DNA of 64,000 nucleotides from Eledone cirrhosa (Eukaryota), in NCBI GenBank assembly GCA_964016885.1, contig OZ024741.1, positions 85,126,001 to 85,190,000 on the forward strand, in the 5' to 3' direction. Shown here in pieces: positions 13,487 through 31,310 of this stretch. Position 1 is the stretch's first letter. Each line of letters opens with the position of its first letter. The position numbers were made by a program, and so were the translations under genes. The notes beneath the pieces were generated by a model, which had not been told where the DNA came from, made no database searches, and saw nothing but the letters and a program-made list of their open reading frames with translations.

Positions 13487-14379
13487 TTATGTATATGCAC
13501 ATCTCGTGTATTTGTTTATTTTCAAGTTGTTTTTATTTCCCCCCTCCCCTCACACAGTCATACTTATCGTTGTCAACACGTATCCTTTTCTCTTTATTTT
13601 GTTTTTGACTTTGTATTTTTTGTTCTTATTCATTTATTTATTTATTATTATTACTTCATTTATATGTATGCGTATGTATTTATGTCCCTGTCTGTAGACG
13701 CATATAAGCTTATGTGAAAAAGTATACGTCCACGTACTTTTTAAGTATATACGCGTGGTTGAGAGTGTGTATGTTTATGTTCTGGATATTTATTATTTAT
13801 ATATATATATTTATATTCTTTTTCCCCTCTTCTTCTTCGCCCGTTTTTTTTTTCGCAGCCTCACTTTCATATTTCTTAAATTTTGTTTTCAAATCCATAT
13901 TTAATAAACACACCATGTTTTTTATTCATTCTGACGACTGAAAACAGATACATCTGAAAACAGATACTGGTAAATGAAATAATTATCTTATGTTGTTTAT
14001 TACATAACTAATAAGCTCTGTAGCCTACATAGAGCACTCTTTTTTCCTGTACCTGTCCGACGGAATCACTTCACATATATATTTATATATAAATAATCCT
14101 TATCGAGCACTCTTCGGATTTTAGTCTTCACATTTCTTATTATTACTATACTAAAATAAAGTACCAGTAATACACTGGGTAATTGCTGGCCTTGTGCCAA
14201 AAGTAGAAACAATTATTACTATATGTATATAGATATAATAAGTAAATTAACTATGGAGATAGCAAAGATACAGAAGAGAAATCCAACCAAATAATGAGTG
14301 CGTTCTGTTATTATTACTGGCAATATTACAACAATATGACCCTCCCCAAGTATAAAATATATATATATATATACACACA

Positions 14380-14497
<118 letters not shown>

Positions 14498-14596
14498 TAT
14501 TATATTACATTCAAAGTAAAGGATGTCATAAATGATACAAAATCAAACATATATCTTGTCTCTAAAACAGCTCAAGATAATAAAATTGAGCTTTAA

Positions 14597-14949
14597 TCAT
14601 TATAAAAAAGTTAATGAAATATATTCATACACACTTAAGCGTGTACTAAGATATACCAAAGCTAGAGACAATCTGTACTGAGTGCATTACTTAGATCGTA
14701 GAGTATCTTATTAGAATTAATGAAAATTAAAACAAAATACCTGATAATGATCAATATATTTCCCTCATATATCTTCTCCATAAAATCAGAATAAATTTTA
14801 CCAAATAATGGCGAAATTGGGTATTTTAAAACGGATCGTCGGTGAGCGAATTCCAACTAAGTAATCTTGCTCTCAGTGCAGATTGTCTCTAGCTTTGATA
14901 TATCTTAGTACATGCTTAAGTGAGTATTTCATTAACTTTCTCATAATGA
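14597..14949. repeat. Inverted repeat (~95 bp arms) with a degenerate HHR-like motif in the spacer
   Basis: Arms 14597-14694 and 14857-14949. Minus-strand ctca-CCGACGA-tccgt..atgga-GAAG-ata-TA-tgag at 14764-14846. Confidence 0.7.
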
Positions 14950-15499
14950 TATATATATATCAGGGTTCTGCAGATTCCATCTACCAAATTCTTCTGATAT
15001 ATATATATATCCCTCTACCAAATTCTTCTATTAGTGAGTCAACTGAACACTGTGTTAGATGAAACTTACTGCAAGTGCTGTGCAGTGGCGACTGAAACCG
15101 GGAACTACGTGGTTGCGAAACAAACACTTTAAACAGACAGCAATGCATGTATCTAAATTGTAGTTAATAGTTTTTTCCTCGTTATTTTTTAACCTTGTTT
15201 AACAATGAAAAAAAATTGGAAAACATTTTTCAGAATAAAATGTCGAAACATCTTACTATTTATTATTTTTGTTTCCGAGGATTTTTTAAAAATATATTTT
15301 CACGCTTTTCATAACTGGAAGAACAATATTAAAATTGTAGACAATTTTACCAAAATGGATAACAATGTGTTTCAGACAGTTTATAAATAAATAAATATAC
15401 AAATGATATGAAAAAAATAAAATAAAAAGAAGCGTTCTAAAAATATTCATTCAAATATATTGATCGAAATATCATTTGTTTTGAAGCTGTAGTTAATGT

Positions 15500-15700
15500 C
15501 AATAATAATGACGATGATCATGGTGCTGCTTGTAGGGATAGCAATGATGACGACGATGATGATGGTGTTGATGATGATGATGATGATAATGATGATGGTG
15601 ATGGTGCTGATGATGATGGCGATGATGGCGATGATGCTGCTGATGATGACGATGGATGATGGTGATAATAATGATAGTGATGATGATGATGATGATGATG
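15500..15700. repeat. Degenerate (GAT)n trinucleotide tract
   Basis: Seen directly. Confidence 0.9.
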
Positions 15701-15712
15701 TGTTTGTATATG

Positions 15713-15743
<31 letters not shown>

Positions 15744-15962
15744 TTGAGTATGTGAATGTTTGTATGTTTGTATGTGTGTATAAGAAGCATTTAAAAAACA
15801 ACTATGCTTTTTATGTCACTCTCAATAGCAATGCTAAATCATGAGAATAATTAAATGTATGTATACCTATATATGTGTGTGTGTGTGTGTTTATGTGTGT
15901 GGCTCTATGTACGTTTTTGTGTGTCTGTGTGTGAATTTGTATGTGTATATATCGGAGTTATG

Positions 15963-16047
<85 letters not shown>

Positions 16048-16076
16048 GTATATATATATATGTATATATATATCTG

Positions 16077-16107
<31 letters not shown>

Positions 16108-16138
16108 GTATATATGTATATATATATATATATGTGTG

Positions 16139-16169
<31 letters not shown>

Positions 16170-16174
16170 GTGTG

Positions 16175-16229
<55 letters not shown>

Positions 16230-16239
16230 GTATATATAA

Positions 16240-16313
<74 letters not shown>

Positions 16314-16992
16314 GAGGACAGACTTTTTCATATGTAACCCATTTGCAGCGCCGCAGCTCCATTATTATCATATTTACACATATATTTTTTCCTCCGCTGC
16401 CACCAGTCTGTTTCGTTCTTTGTGTTTTACCCTTTCTAGCAGTCTCTCTCTCTGTTAGCCTCTTCCTCACCTTTCACTCACTCACTCTCCGTCACTACCT
16501 CTCCTCCTCCCCCTTCTTCCCGTTTGACCTGTCCGTAATCCTTTTCTCGCGGGCACTTGGCCAAGCCGGTATGAATTTTTTTTCTCTCTCTCTCATCTGC
16601 GACTTCACAGAACTTATGTTTACCGAATTCGCAGACCAGACCCCTTCTTCCTCCCGTTAGACATGTGCGAAATTCCTTCCTTGCTCACATTTCAACCAGG
16701 TTTGATGGTCTTTATTCTCTTGTTCACGATTCCACCGAATATATATTCATAGAAATCTGGGACTTGTTTCCTTCTTCATCACTTTCTGCTGCTTAAACCA
16801 TTTTGTTTGTTTACCCTAGCGGCCCCTTTATTTACGGGTCCCAACGACCTTTTTTTTTTAGCCGTTGCTCGCACCAACCTGAGGTATATGGCCTTTAATG
16901 CGACGAAATGCCTACGACGGTTGGATGGCCACTGATGAGGACAAACTTTTTCATATGTAACCCATTTGCAGCGCCGCAGCTCCATTATTATC

Positions 16993-17106
<114 letters not shown>

Positions 17107-17123
17107 ACATATTTATATATACA

Positions 17124-17855
17124 TAATTATGCTAATTGGGAGAGGAAATAGTATATATTTTATCTTGTGATTCTATAGACATGTTTTATGATATATAGCT
17201 CTGATTGTATAATTTATTAATTTTTCATTGAGCCAAAAAGTGACCAGTTGCGAAACAAGTATATGTATGTGTATGTATATATATATGTAAACTTTTATAT
17301 GTAATAATCTCCCACTAGGTTGAGATACAAATTTGGCTCTATTGTGCTGTGCTTTCTAGCAAAAATGCCACCAGTCGTAAGCAACTACCACACCCCTTCC
17401 AACTTGACCGCGACTACGTCACGATTTTTAGCCATTTTGAAATGAATTCTTGGCGCGATCGTTTTGGAAAATTTAATGTCTAGATGTGAGCGAGCTTCCT
17501 GAAGAATCCGGCGCTCGAGTTTATATAATTATTACATAATTATTGGATAACTCAAAACACGGACGAAACCATGCTAGAGGTATTTAAGTGTATTCTACTT
17601 TCTCCTAGTTTATTTTAAACCTAATTCTGCTTAGTTGACTGTATCTAGGCGATTACGCTGTCGAAATATTCGATAAATATTCCACTACGGCCGACGCGAA
17701 GCGCTAGTTTTGGTTATTTGTTGGAGATTCCTTCATAGAGGCCTCATTCGTATAGCCTGGTCTATTCGATTTTTATATAGTTAATTATGCTAATTGGGAG
17801 AGGAAATAGTATATATTTTATCTTGTGATTCTATAGACATGTTTTATGATATATA
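17124..17855 (+). mobile_element. Non-autonomous HHR-bearing unit (family D) with 74-bp terminal direct repeat
   Basis: taattatgctaattgggagagg...gttttatgatatata at 17124-17197 and 17782-17855. Homologous to 29405-29845 (-). Confidence 0.8.
17494..17581 (+). ncRNA. Type I hammerhead ribozyme (family D, slightly decayed)
   Basis: gcttc-CTGAAGA-atccg...cggac-GAAA-ccatgc-TA-gaggt. Confidence 0.75.
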
Positions 17856-17891
17856 TATCTATATATAGATATATATATAGATATAGATATA

Positions 17892-17954
<63 letters not shown>

Positions 17955-18140
17955 GTATATATAGATATATATATATGTATATATATATATATGTATAATT
18001 GGTTATGCACGAGTGCATTAATGTTTTCCAGGACACAGTGTTATGTACCGTGTAGTGGAATGACGGCTTACAACAGAGTGGTGCTCAACCAAATGCAGAA
18101 AAAAGGTGTATATTCCAGTTTAGCTATATTCCGGGGCGTG

Positions 18141-18400
18141 TATAAAGAATTAAAAAGAACAGAAAGATGCAGTAAAAGAGATTTATTCGGTTCTTACGTA
18201 CGTTTCAATAGACATCAATTTGCCTAGATCTCGCTACATCTATAATATTATATATTATATTTAATATTATAGATGTAGCGATATTATATATAATATTATA
18301 GATGTAGCGAGATCTAGGCAAATTGATGTCTATTGAAACGTACGTAAGAACCGAATAAATCTCTTTTACTGCATCTTTCTGTTCTTTTTAATTCTTTATA
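18141..18400. repeat. Perfect fold-back inverted repeat (~110 bp arms) containing the 3' half of an HHR
   Basis: Arms 18141-18250 and 18291-18400; GAAA-cgtacg-TA-agaacc at 18335-18352. Confidence 0.92.
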
Positions 18401-18436
18401 TATGTATATATAGATATATATATATGTATATATTTA

Positions 18437-18486
<50 letters not shown>

Positions 18487-18636
18487 AGTATATATATATG
18501 TATATATATATATGTATATATTTATATATGTATATATATATATATAAGTATATATATATGTATATATAGATATATATATATGTATATATTTATATATGTA
18601 TATATAGATATATATATATGTATATATTTATATATG

Positions 18637-18676
<40 letters not shown>

Positions 18677-18930
18677 TAAGTATATATATATATATATATA
18701 TGTATATATAGATATATATATATGTATATATACGTATATAAAGGTATATATAGATATATATATATGTATATATAGATATATATATATGTATATATATGTA
18801 TATAAACGTATATATAGATAGATATATATGTATATATATGTATATATATATATATATGTGTGTATATATATATGTATATATATGTGTGTGTATATATTTA
18901 TATATATGTATATATATATATATGTGTGTG

Positions 18931-18963
<33 letters not shown>

Positions 18964-18976
18964 GTGTATATATATA

Positions 18977-19015
<39 letters not shown>

Positions 19016-19054
19016 ATATATATATATATGTATATATATATATGTATATATATA

Positions 19055-19085
<31 letters not shown>

Positions 19086-19194
19086 GGGTATATATATATA
19101 TATATGTGTATATATGTATATATATATATATATGTGTGTATATATATATATATATATGTGTGTGTATATATATATGTGTATATATATATATGTG

Positions 19195-19228
<34 letters not shown>

Positions 19229-19240
19229 TATGTATTTATA

Positions 19241-19289
<49 letters not shown>

Positions 19290-19388
19290 ATATATATATA
19301 TGTGTGTGTATATATATATATGTGTGTGTGTGTATATATATATATGTGTATATATATGTGTGTATATATATATATGTGTGTGTTTATA

Positions 19389-19445
<57 letters not shown>

Positions 19446-19577
19446 ACACATATATATATATATATATACATATATATATACATATATATATATACATATA
19501 TATATACATATATATGTATATATATATGATTAAGTTAAAGATTTGTTTTTATATATATATGTATATACATATATATG

Positions 19578-19627
<50 letters not shown>

Positions 19628-19660
19628 TATATATATATACATATATATGTATATATATAT

Positions 19661-22058
<2,398 letters not shown>

Positions 22059-22085
22059 CATATATATATATATACATATATATAC

Positions 22086-22238
<153 letters not shown>

Positions 22239-22327
22239 AATATACATATATATACACACATATATATATATACATATATATATATATACACACATATATA
22301 TATATACATATATATATATATACACAC

Positions 22328-22376
<49 letters not shown>

Positions 22377-22381
22377 CATAC

Positions 22382-22412
<31 letters not shown>

Positions 22413-22451
22413 CACATATATATACATATATATATACATATATATATACAC

Positions 22452-22494
<43 letters not shown>

Positions 22495-22506
22495 TATACG
22501 TACATA

Positions 22507-22556
<50 letters not shown>

Positions 22557-22585
22557 CATATATATATATACATATATATATATAC

Positions 22586-22616
<31 letters not shown>

Positions 22617-22651
22617 CATATATATATACACATATATATATACATATATAG

Positions 22652-22863
22652 AAAGAACGATCGACTTCCGTCAAATCGGACCGAGGGAACAATGTTTCCG
22701 TTGGTCTTTCCAATTGCTAATACTATCTATCGGTCGCAACTCCACGTAGAAGGAGCAACGTGAAATAAAGTGTCTTGCTCAAGGACATAACGCATCGCCT
22801 GGTCCAGGAATCGAACTCACAACCTTACGATTGCGAATCTAATTCTCTAACCACTCAGCCATA
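22652..22863 (-). mobile_element. tRNA-derived SINE, family 2
   Basis: Minus strand tggctgagtggttagag...gagttcgattcc..tccttgagcaagacactttatttcac. Homologue at 39555-39773. Confidence 0.8.
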
Positions 22864-22878
22864 TATATATATATATAC

Positions 22879-22943
<65 letters not shown>

Positions 22944-22948
22944 ATTAT

Positions 22949-22993
<45 letters not shown>

Positions 22994-23033
22994 TATACAT
23001 ATATATACATATATATACATATATATATATAAT

Positions 23034-23113
<80 letters not shown>

Positions 23114-23200
23114 TATACATATATATATATAATTATATACATATATATACATATATATAATTATATACATATATATACATATATATATATAATTATATAC

Positions 23201-23263
<63 letters not shown>

Positions 23264-23424
23264 AGTTATTGCTCGCACCAACCAGAGGTATATGCTCTTT
23301 AAAGTGAAGAAATACGAATGAAGGTTGGAAGATCACTGATGAAGGACTAATTTTATTCATATGTAACCCATGGTCAATCACGCAGCACTGCATTTTTCTC
23401 ATATTTATATATATATCTATACAT

Positions 23425-23652
23425 AACTCCGATATAAAACCTGCGGCTCAGTAGTTACCGATGATGTTGATCTTTTCTTCTTTTCGGGTTATAGCTACTG
23501 TCGCTCAGAGAGTGGGATTGGCTTAGTGGACAGTCTTTCCTCACTTTAAAAAATATCTTCACACACAGGCATTGTACGATAGAATTAATTAATAATTATT
23601 AATAATGGTATATCGTGCAATGGCCATACTCGATAACGAGGGGCAGCCATCA

Positions 23653-23655
<3 letters not shown>
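23425..23655 (+). mobile_element. RTE-derived retroposon family C, 3' part
   Basis: Matches 29040-29266; ends tggccatactcgataacgaggggcagccatcatc. Confidence 0.75.
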
Positions 23656-23744
<89 letters not shown>

Positions 23745-24576
23745 GTTAGTATAGGTGCTTTTCTCCAAAGAAATGTTTTCCTGTTACTGCCTCTTCTCAC
23801 TCTCCTTCCTCTGTCTTTCTAGTTCTTATTTTATGTCTCATTATATCTTCTCATTAAGGACTAACGACCCAAGCGTGAAGATTCTTTCAAGCGTTAAACA
23901 ATATGTTCGACTAAAACTTGTTTTATGGTTGTGTGCCAGTGTGGCCGCGGTTTAATGACTGAAACCAGCAAAATGATACAAGAATAACAAAATAAGCTAT
24001 ACTCAAGCATCAATATAGTGAAAATATAATTCAGATTAGATTTACACCTACGGTAAAATTTTAGCTTATAAAGTCACATCTTTATTTAAATTTATTCAGA
24101 GATTGATTTGCATCTCTGGAAAACATCTTTATTTTATTTTTATTTTTTTATACTAAGAATACAATTATATTTATTTATTTATTTATTCATTTTTAAATGA
24201 TTTTGAAAATTAGAATTTCTATTTTGATTTCCTTTTTATTTCAAGAACATATGAATTGTCCTTTAAATAATTTTTTTTTTCTTTGGATTCTGTTTAGTTT
24301 TCACTAAATATAGATTTGACCGACCGCTTCCTTCTTATGGTGGTTGCCATTACGACATCTGTTATCCAACGACACTGGACTGGATTTTCATTTGCAAAAT
24401 CGGGAGAAGTGCATCACGCCAGTTAACTACGTATAGGCACTTTCTCCTACTCCGGAGTAAATCTTTCGCTATGCTGTCCGCTGGTAACATGAAGTGACAT
24501 TCACTTCAGAGCGTGAGAACGGACGAACAAAACCTTGATAACACTTCATTGATTGATGCTGTTATAAGGTTACTTA

Positions 24577-24634
<58 letters not shown>

Positions 24635-24635
24635 A

Positions 24636-24689
<54 letters not shown>

Positions 24690-24773
24690 AACACATATAT
24701 ATCCTAGAAACGATCGTTAAATAATGAACTTTTTTTGTTTAATATAAGAAATTGTTTATTCATTATTTGTTTA

Positions 24774-24886
<113 letters not shown>

Positions 24887-25580
24887 AGAGAGAAAGAAAC
24901 GAGAGACAGACGAGCAGATTGACAGAGAGACAGAGAAAGAGAGAGACAGTGTGAATACAAACGAAAGGCAAGTGCAATCAATACATAATGTAGACATTTT
25001 TCTGACACTACGGATAGTGCCAAGAAAACTGTTTACATGTGTGTGTGTGTATGTGTGTGTGTACATACATATATATATACTAATCTTTTTTGATGATTGA
25101 AAGATTAACACCGATATTTAAAGAAACCATTAAGTTAAAAATATGGTTTATCCTAGAGAGACGTGTTGCATTACGCCACAAAGTCACTTGAAACTGAGTG
25201 TTAAGTCTGAAGTTTGTTAAAATAATAATCAATCAAGGAATGTAATCTTATGTCTGGTGCTCCACTATGAAATATTTATCACCATATCAGCAATTTGACT
25301 GAAAAGTCATTTCAGTACTGAGCATCTGGCAATTGACAACATTTCATCTGCAACAACAAAATTATTGCTTGAGAATATAAGCTGATACAATTGTTTGTTT
25401 TGTTTTGCTTATAAATATTTTTTAATGCTTTTCCTACTTCACTCTTTCAATTACATGATTTAATGTATTGTCAACACAATTTACAGTTTCAAAAGAAATT
25501 CTTGGTAACCATAACACAATACCGCCAAGTTTATCTCTTGAAGGCATTAATTCATGGACAATTGAATATACATATGTATT

Positions 25581-25708
<128 letters not shown>

Positions 25709-27146
25709 CGTGTCCGTGTGTGTGTGCGTAGTAATCAGAAGACATATAGAATTATTACAGAAGCGGTAGATTTTTCGTTTTCAAAGTTGCACAAATATAT
25801 ATAGCTAAGAAGAGGAACAGCAGCCATTTTATTCATGAGGAAAGATATCGCATTATGATTCTTGGAGAATGGACAGTACATATAACTCTATATAATAAAT
25901 AAAAAATAGAAAATTTGCGGGATTTTGTAGCATAACTAACGTTCTCATTTTACACTAATGTTTGGTACATAACAAACGTTCTTACATGAAACTATGATCG
26001 AAGGATTTTTATATATATATATATATATATAAGCATATGAACTCTTTCGTTATTATATTTCTAAAAAAAAGAAAGAAAATCGTTAGTATAAAAGATTTTT
26101 ACCATCTTTAAACGGATGTTCGTCGTTTAATTAAAACAGCTATATAATAAAACGCTGGGGTTCAACGGAAACTAAATTTAACGAAACCTGAATGATGAAA
26201 AGGTAAAGTTGACCTTTACCAGATTGAAAATCAGAACGCGACTAGGTTCCATTATCAGACCTGTCAACTCTACCCGTCCGACGCGGGGGGGGGGGGTATC
26301 TCACCCACTTTAGTGTGGGTGAGAGATATATTCTCTTGTGAAACTGGGTATAGCTTTCAATATGTAAAATCTCCCCATTTTGCCTCATTTCTCCCCGTTT
26401 TGGGGCACTTTTTTTCATGCCTGTTTGGGTTTTTAGAGGCTGGCAGGTCTGAATTATTGACGTACGGAGTTTAAAATCCGCCGAAGTCAACTTTCATTCT
26501 TTCAGGTCGATAATATAAGGCACCAGTCAATGCAATCAACTGGTGCCTTAATCCTAACTCTAACCCTAGCCCTAAAATTGCTGGCTTAATACCTAAATTA
26601 GAAACCATTACTTTAGGGATACTGCTACCAACATTTGCCATAGTATATAAGGGTTTAAATAGAGGGTGGAACGAAGCGGGGATATTTGTTTTCTTTGTCT
26701 TATTTCTCTGTTTATTCTACATCTTTTGGTGAAATATTTATGTGTCGGAGATGGAAGAGGGAAAGTAGGATGAAAGAAAGAAAATAAGATATATTTTTTC
26801 TTTAAATCATTTTGAAATGCTCTGAAAAAATATGTAAAAATTATTCACTCTAGCTTGCATCTGTACATGATAATGTAATGAGACCTGCGTTTGAACTTAG
26901 CGCATATATAATATTAAAAAATTGACTTTTATTATGGGGAACTGTAGCATTAGTGTGTATGTGTGCATGGGAGTGCGTTTGTTTTTTCTTGTATCAGTTT
27001 GTGTATATGTATAACATTTCTATGTGTCTGTATGTGGGAATGTGTACGTGTATATACGTGTGTATGTGGGTGTTTGTATTCGTTTGTGTATTTGTCTACA
27101 CACACATATACAGATACACAGGCGCGCGCACACACACACACACACT

Positions 27147-27202
<56 letters not shown>

Positions 27203-28372
27203 TATGCAAGTATGTATGCATATATGTACAATGTGCATTGTACATATATACATATATGTTTCAATGCATACATACATTTATGTATATATATATATGCGTG
27301 TGTGTGTGTTGATTTATGTATATGTATATGTCTATATTTCAGCTTATGTGTGGGCATGTGTGTATGTCTCTACGTGTGACCTTATGGTTGTATTTATGTT
27401 GGTTTGTGGATATGCATGGTTGTGTATGTGCCAATCGCTAATTGTGTGTCTGTGTGTGTGTGTGTGTGTGTGTTAGAATGTTCCACAGTACATATTCCAC
27501 CATCATGATTTAATGCCCATGTGTATGTGTTTGTGTGCCTCTGTCTCTATCTGTGTGTTTCCCCTCTGTCTCTGTGTGTGTCTGGGTGTGTGTCCCTGTC
27601 ACTATCCGTCTGTGAGTGTCTGTGTGTGTGTGTCCGTGCGTGTGTCTCTGTGTGTGTGTGTGCTTGTCACTATCTGTATGTGAATGTCTGTGTGTGTGTG
27701 TTACTATTTCATTATACATGTTCCACCGACATGAAATAATATTGTGTTTGTTACTATGTTCCACAAGGCATGTTCCACCAACATCTGTTTCTGTGTCTCT
27801 CTCACCATCTACGTATGTGTGTGTGTCTGTCACTATCTGTGTGTGTGTGTGTGTGTGTCTATCTGTGTGTGTGTGTGTGTGTGCGTGTGTGCAAGTATGT
27901 ATATGTGCGTGTAACAGTGTAACAATGTATGTTTGTGTGTGTTCGCGGCTATGTGTGTTGTTAGGTTCCACCCTACATGTTCCACCACCATATCATGCCT
28001 ACAAGATACACGATATTTACGTGACGTTATCAATGAAGACAATTTATCAATATCCTTTTGATGCCTCACCTATCCCGCAACGCCTCCTCTCTTTCCCATA
28101 ATACTCTATACATTTCATGTATTATTGCATATATAATCGATGTCGTGATGCTATATTGATATATCTCTGTATATATATATATATATGTATACATGTATGC
28201 ATATATGTATATATGTATACATATATATATATATACATGTATGTGTATATGTATAAATGTATGTATTTATGTATGTTTGTATGTAAATATGTATTATGAA
28301 TGTGTGTATGTATGTATGTATATAAGTCTGTATGTATGTAAATATGTATGTGTGTATGTATGTGTGTATGTA

Positions 28373-28816
28373 TCCGGGAGAGATGACCCCACCGGGAGAG
28401 ATGACCCCTCCGGGAGAGATGACCCCTTAGCCTTTGTCAAGGCAGAATTCTAGGAGAAGGAAAACTCTGATATAACACCTGCAACCCTGATGGTATCCAA
28501 TGATGTTGACTTGTTCTTCTTTTTGGTAAATATCATCTTGGTTAAGAGAGTGGGGCTGGCTTTGTGCAGTGCCTTGGCTCACTATAAAAGCTTCACGACA
28601 CAGGCATTGCTTTATATCTGGAGATCTCTCTGCACTTGTCGTCACATGGTACCATGGGCCCAGCACTATGTGTCAGTAATTGACACAAGTGTAGTGTTTG
28701 TACCAGAGTTTTCAAGTCGCTGGCTGGACTAAAAAGTCACACTCGTTCAGCGCATCGGGTTCTCCTACATGGATATAAAGTAGTTGCCGTACTCGAAAAC
28801 GAGTTGGCAGCCACCA
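28373..28816 (+). mobile_element. RTE-derived retroposon family B, 5'-truncated, with triplicated 18-mer
   Basis: Homologous to 13035-13446. Confidence 0.8.
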
Positions 28817-28829
28817 TGTGTGTATGTAC

Positions 28830-29266
28830 TTGGTGAGGAGGGTGATTTTGGACACCCTGCAGGACAAAAAACAAAACCTGACAAAGGGCGGAAGAACTCA
28901 TAAGAATCAACGGCCAACCAAAAGTGTGTAAATATGTATATACACATGTACCGCGCGGTTAAACCACTGTGAGTGAAGGACCCCTAGCTTTTGTCAGGGC
29001 ATTCTTCTAGGAGAAGGCAACTCAGGAAACTGGGATGACTCCAATATAAAACCTGCGGCTCAGTAGTTACCGATGATGTTGATCTTTTCTTCTTTTCGGG
29101 TTATAGCTACTGTCGCTCAGAGAGTGGGATTGGCTCAGTACACAGACTTTCCTCACTTTAAAAAATATCTTCACGCACAGGCATTGCACGATAGAATTAA
29201 TTAATAATTTATTAATAATGGTATATCGTGCAATGGCCATACTCGATAACGAGGGGACAGCCATCA
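28830..29266 (+). mobile_element. RTE-derived retroposon family C
   Basis: 5' part homologous to family B (ttggtgaggagggtga..aaaacctg.caaagggc..ctaggagaagg) with a different 3' tail. Confidence 0.75.
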
Positions 29267-29677
29267 TGTATGTATGTATGTACTTATGCATGTATGACAA
29301 TACCTCTCATTTATATATATGTCTATGTGTACTCACGCATACATTTATTTCTTGCTTGTATCTATCTACTTATATATACATATATATATATATCATAAAT
29401 CATGTCCTTAGAATTATTAGATAAAATATATACCATTTCCTCTCCCAATTAGCATAATTAAACATATAAAAAATCAATTAGACCAAGCTATAAGAATAAA
29501 GGCTCCTATGAAGAAATTTCCGACAAATAACCGAAAGCGGCCTCTTCGCGGTGGCCCCAATAGAGTATTTATCCAACATTTCAACAGCATGTAGAAACTG
29601 ACTAAATATACCGTCAATCATACACAATTAGGTGTAAATTCAAACTTAGAAGAAATGTGTACATACCGTAATTATGT

Positions 29678-29751
29678 CTCTACCATGGTTTCGTCCGTAT
29701 TTTTAAACATCCAATAACAGGATACGTCCAGAGTATCGGACTCATCAGGAG
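29678..29751 (-). ncRNA. Canonical type I hammerhead ribozyme (family D)
   Basis: ctc-CTGATGA-gtccg...cggac-GAAA-ccatgg-TA-gag. G10.1-C11.1 pair, palindromic ACCATGGT stem III, GUA triplet. Confidence 0.85.
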
Positions 29752-29970
29752 TAAACTCAAAATTAGACATTTAATTTTCCAAAGTGATCGCGCCAAAAAT
29801 AGATTAAAAAATGGCTAAGAATCGTGACGTGGCAGTGGTCAAGTTAGAATATATATATATATATGTATGTATGTATATACATACATATATATATATGTAT
29901 GTATGTATATACATACATATATATGTATGTATGTATGTATGTATATATATATTATTATTATATATATATA

Positions 29971-30160
29971 GGAGGGCGGTGGAGGCAGTATCGGTAGAGA
30001 GTCGGACACCATGCTTTGAAGCATAGAGTTACATCCCTTTATGATCTGAGTTCAAATCCCGCCGAGGTTAACTTCGCCTTTCATCCTTACGGGGTCGATA
30101 AAATAAAGTACCAGTAATGTATTGGGTAATTGCTGGCCTCGTGCCTAAAATAGAAACAAT

Positions 30161-30163
<3 letters not shown>
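29971..30163 (+). mobile_element. tRNA-derived SINE, family 1
   Basis: Full-length homologue of 10507-10700. Confidence 0.85.
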
Positions 30164-30222
<59 letters not shown>

Positions 30223-31213
30223 GCACATACATATACACGCTCACCCTGCGCATATATATATATATATTGTATGACTGTTATATGTACTCACATACATAGG
30301 ACGGCCAAGCAATAACTGGATGAGCACTCAATACTCAATATACGTGCACAGTAATCACTGTCGCGAAAAATTCGAGATCGAGCGAAACATATGTGAAAGC
30401 AGAAAATACTGGATGTTGTCGTCCGGAACACACTGAAAAATATGACTGAGTAGTTTGACTTGATTGTCTTTTTATCTGAGGTCCTTTTGATCAGGACCGA
30501 CCTCGTGTCGAACAATAGCAACGACACCAACAGGGACAACAACAACAATAACGACGAGGACAACGACAATAACAACAACAATCAACAATGGAAACCAAGA
30601 CAACAACTATAACCACAGCAGCAATTACAACAACGTGATCTCTCTGTGGTTGTATGAATGTTTCCTGGTTTAGGCACAAGGCCACGCTTTCAACAATGTG
30701 GGTGTAATTCCAGGGAGTTTGGTTACTATTTCTAAAGTTTTGTGCGATAACGTAGAGCAGAGGTCGGTAACTCCCGTCCAGCGGAGGATATTTGCCCGAC
30801 ACGCCAACAGGTTTCAATCTTAGGCTAAGTGATCGCTGAAGAATTGCTCTGAATTATTTTGGATTATAATACCGACTAGAGAACACGTCTAGCCACAAGA
30901 CGCACTTAGCTGAACGTAATATTTTGCGTGACAGTAACTAACAAACTCAGACAAATAGAATAGTCAGACATCGAGGTCAAGAGGACTGTGTGTAGGTGAA
31001 TTCGTGTATATACATGCATACATAGTACGTCTATGGCAGGGATGTGGAATGACCCAGACTTACCTAAAACAAGTCAGTGTGTCTGGCATACAGTTATTTC
31101 ATTTCATCCTGAAATTTTACATTTTAGTTTGCTGTCTGGTAGTAAAACATCTGTAAGTGACTATTAGATAATAATCAATGTTTATTTTTCTATGTTAAAA
31201 GTGTTCAGTATTA

Positions 31214-31310
31214 TTAACTTTGCCTTTCATCCTTACGAGGTCGATAAAATAAAGTACCAGTAATGTACTGGGTTATTGCTGGCCTTGTGCCGAAAGTAGA
31301 AACAATTATT
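31214..31310 (+). mobile_element. SINE family 1, 3' fragment
   Basis: ttaactttgcctttcatccttacgaggtcgataaaataaagtaccag...gaaacaattatt. Confidence 0.8.
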
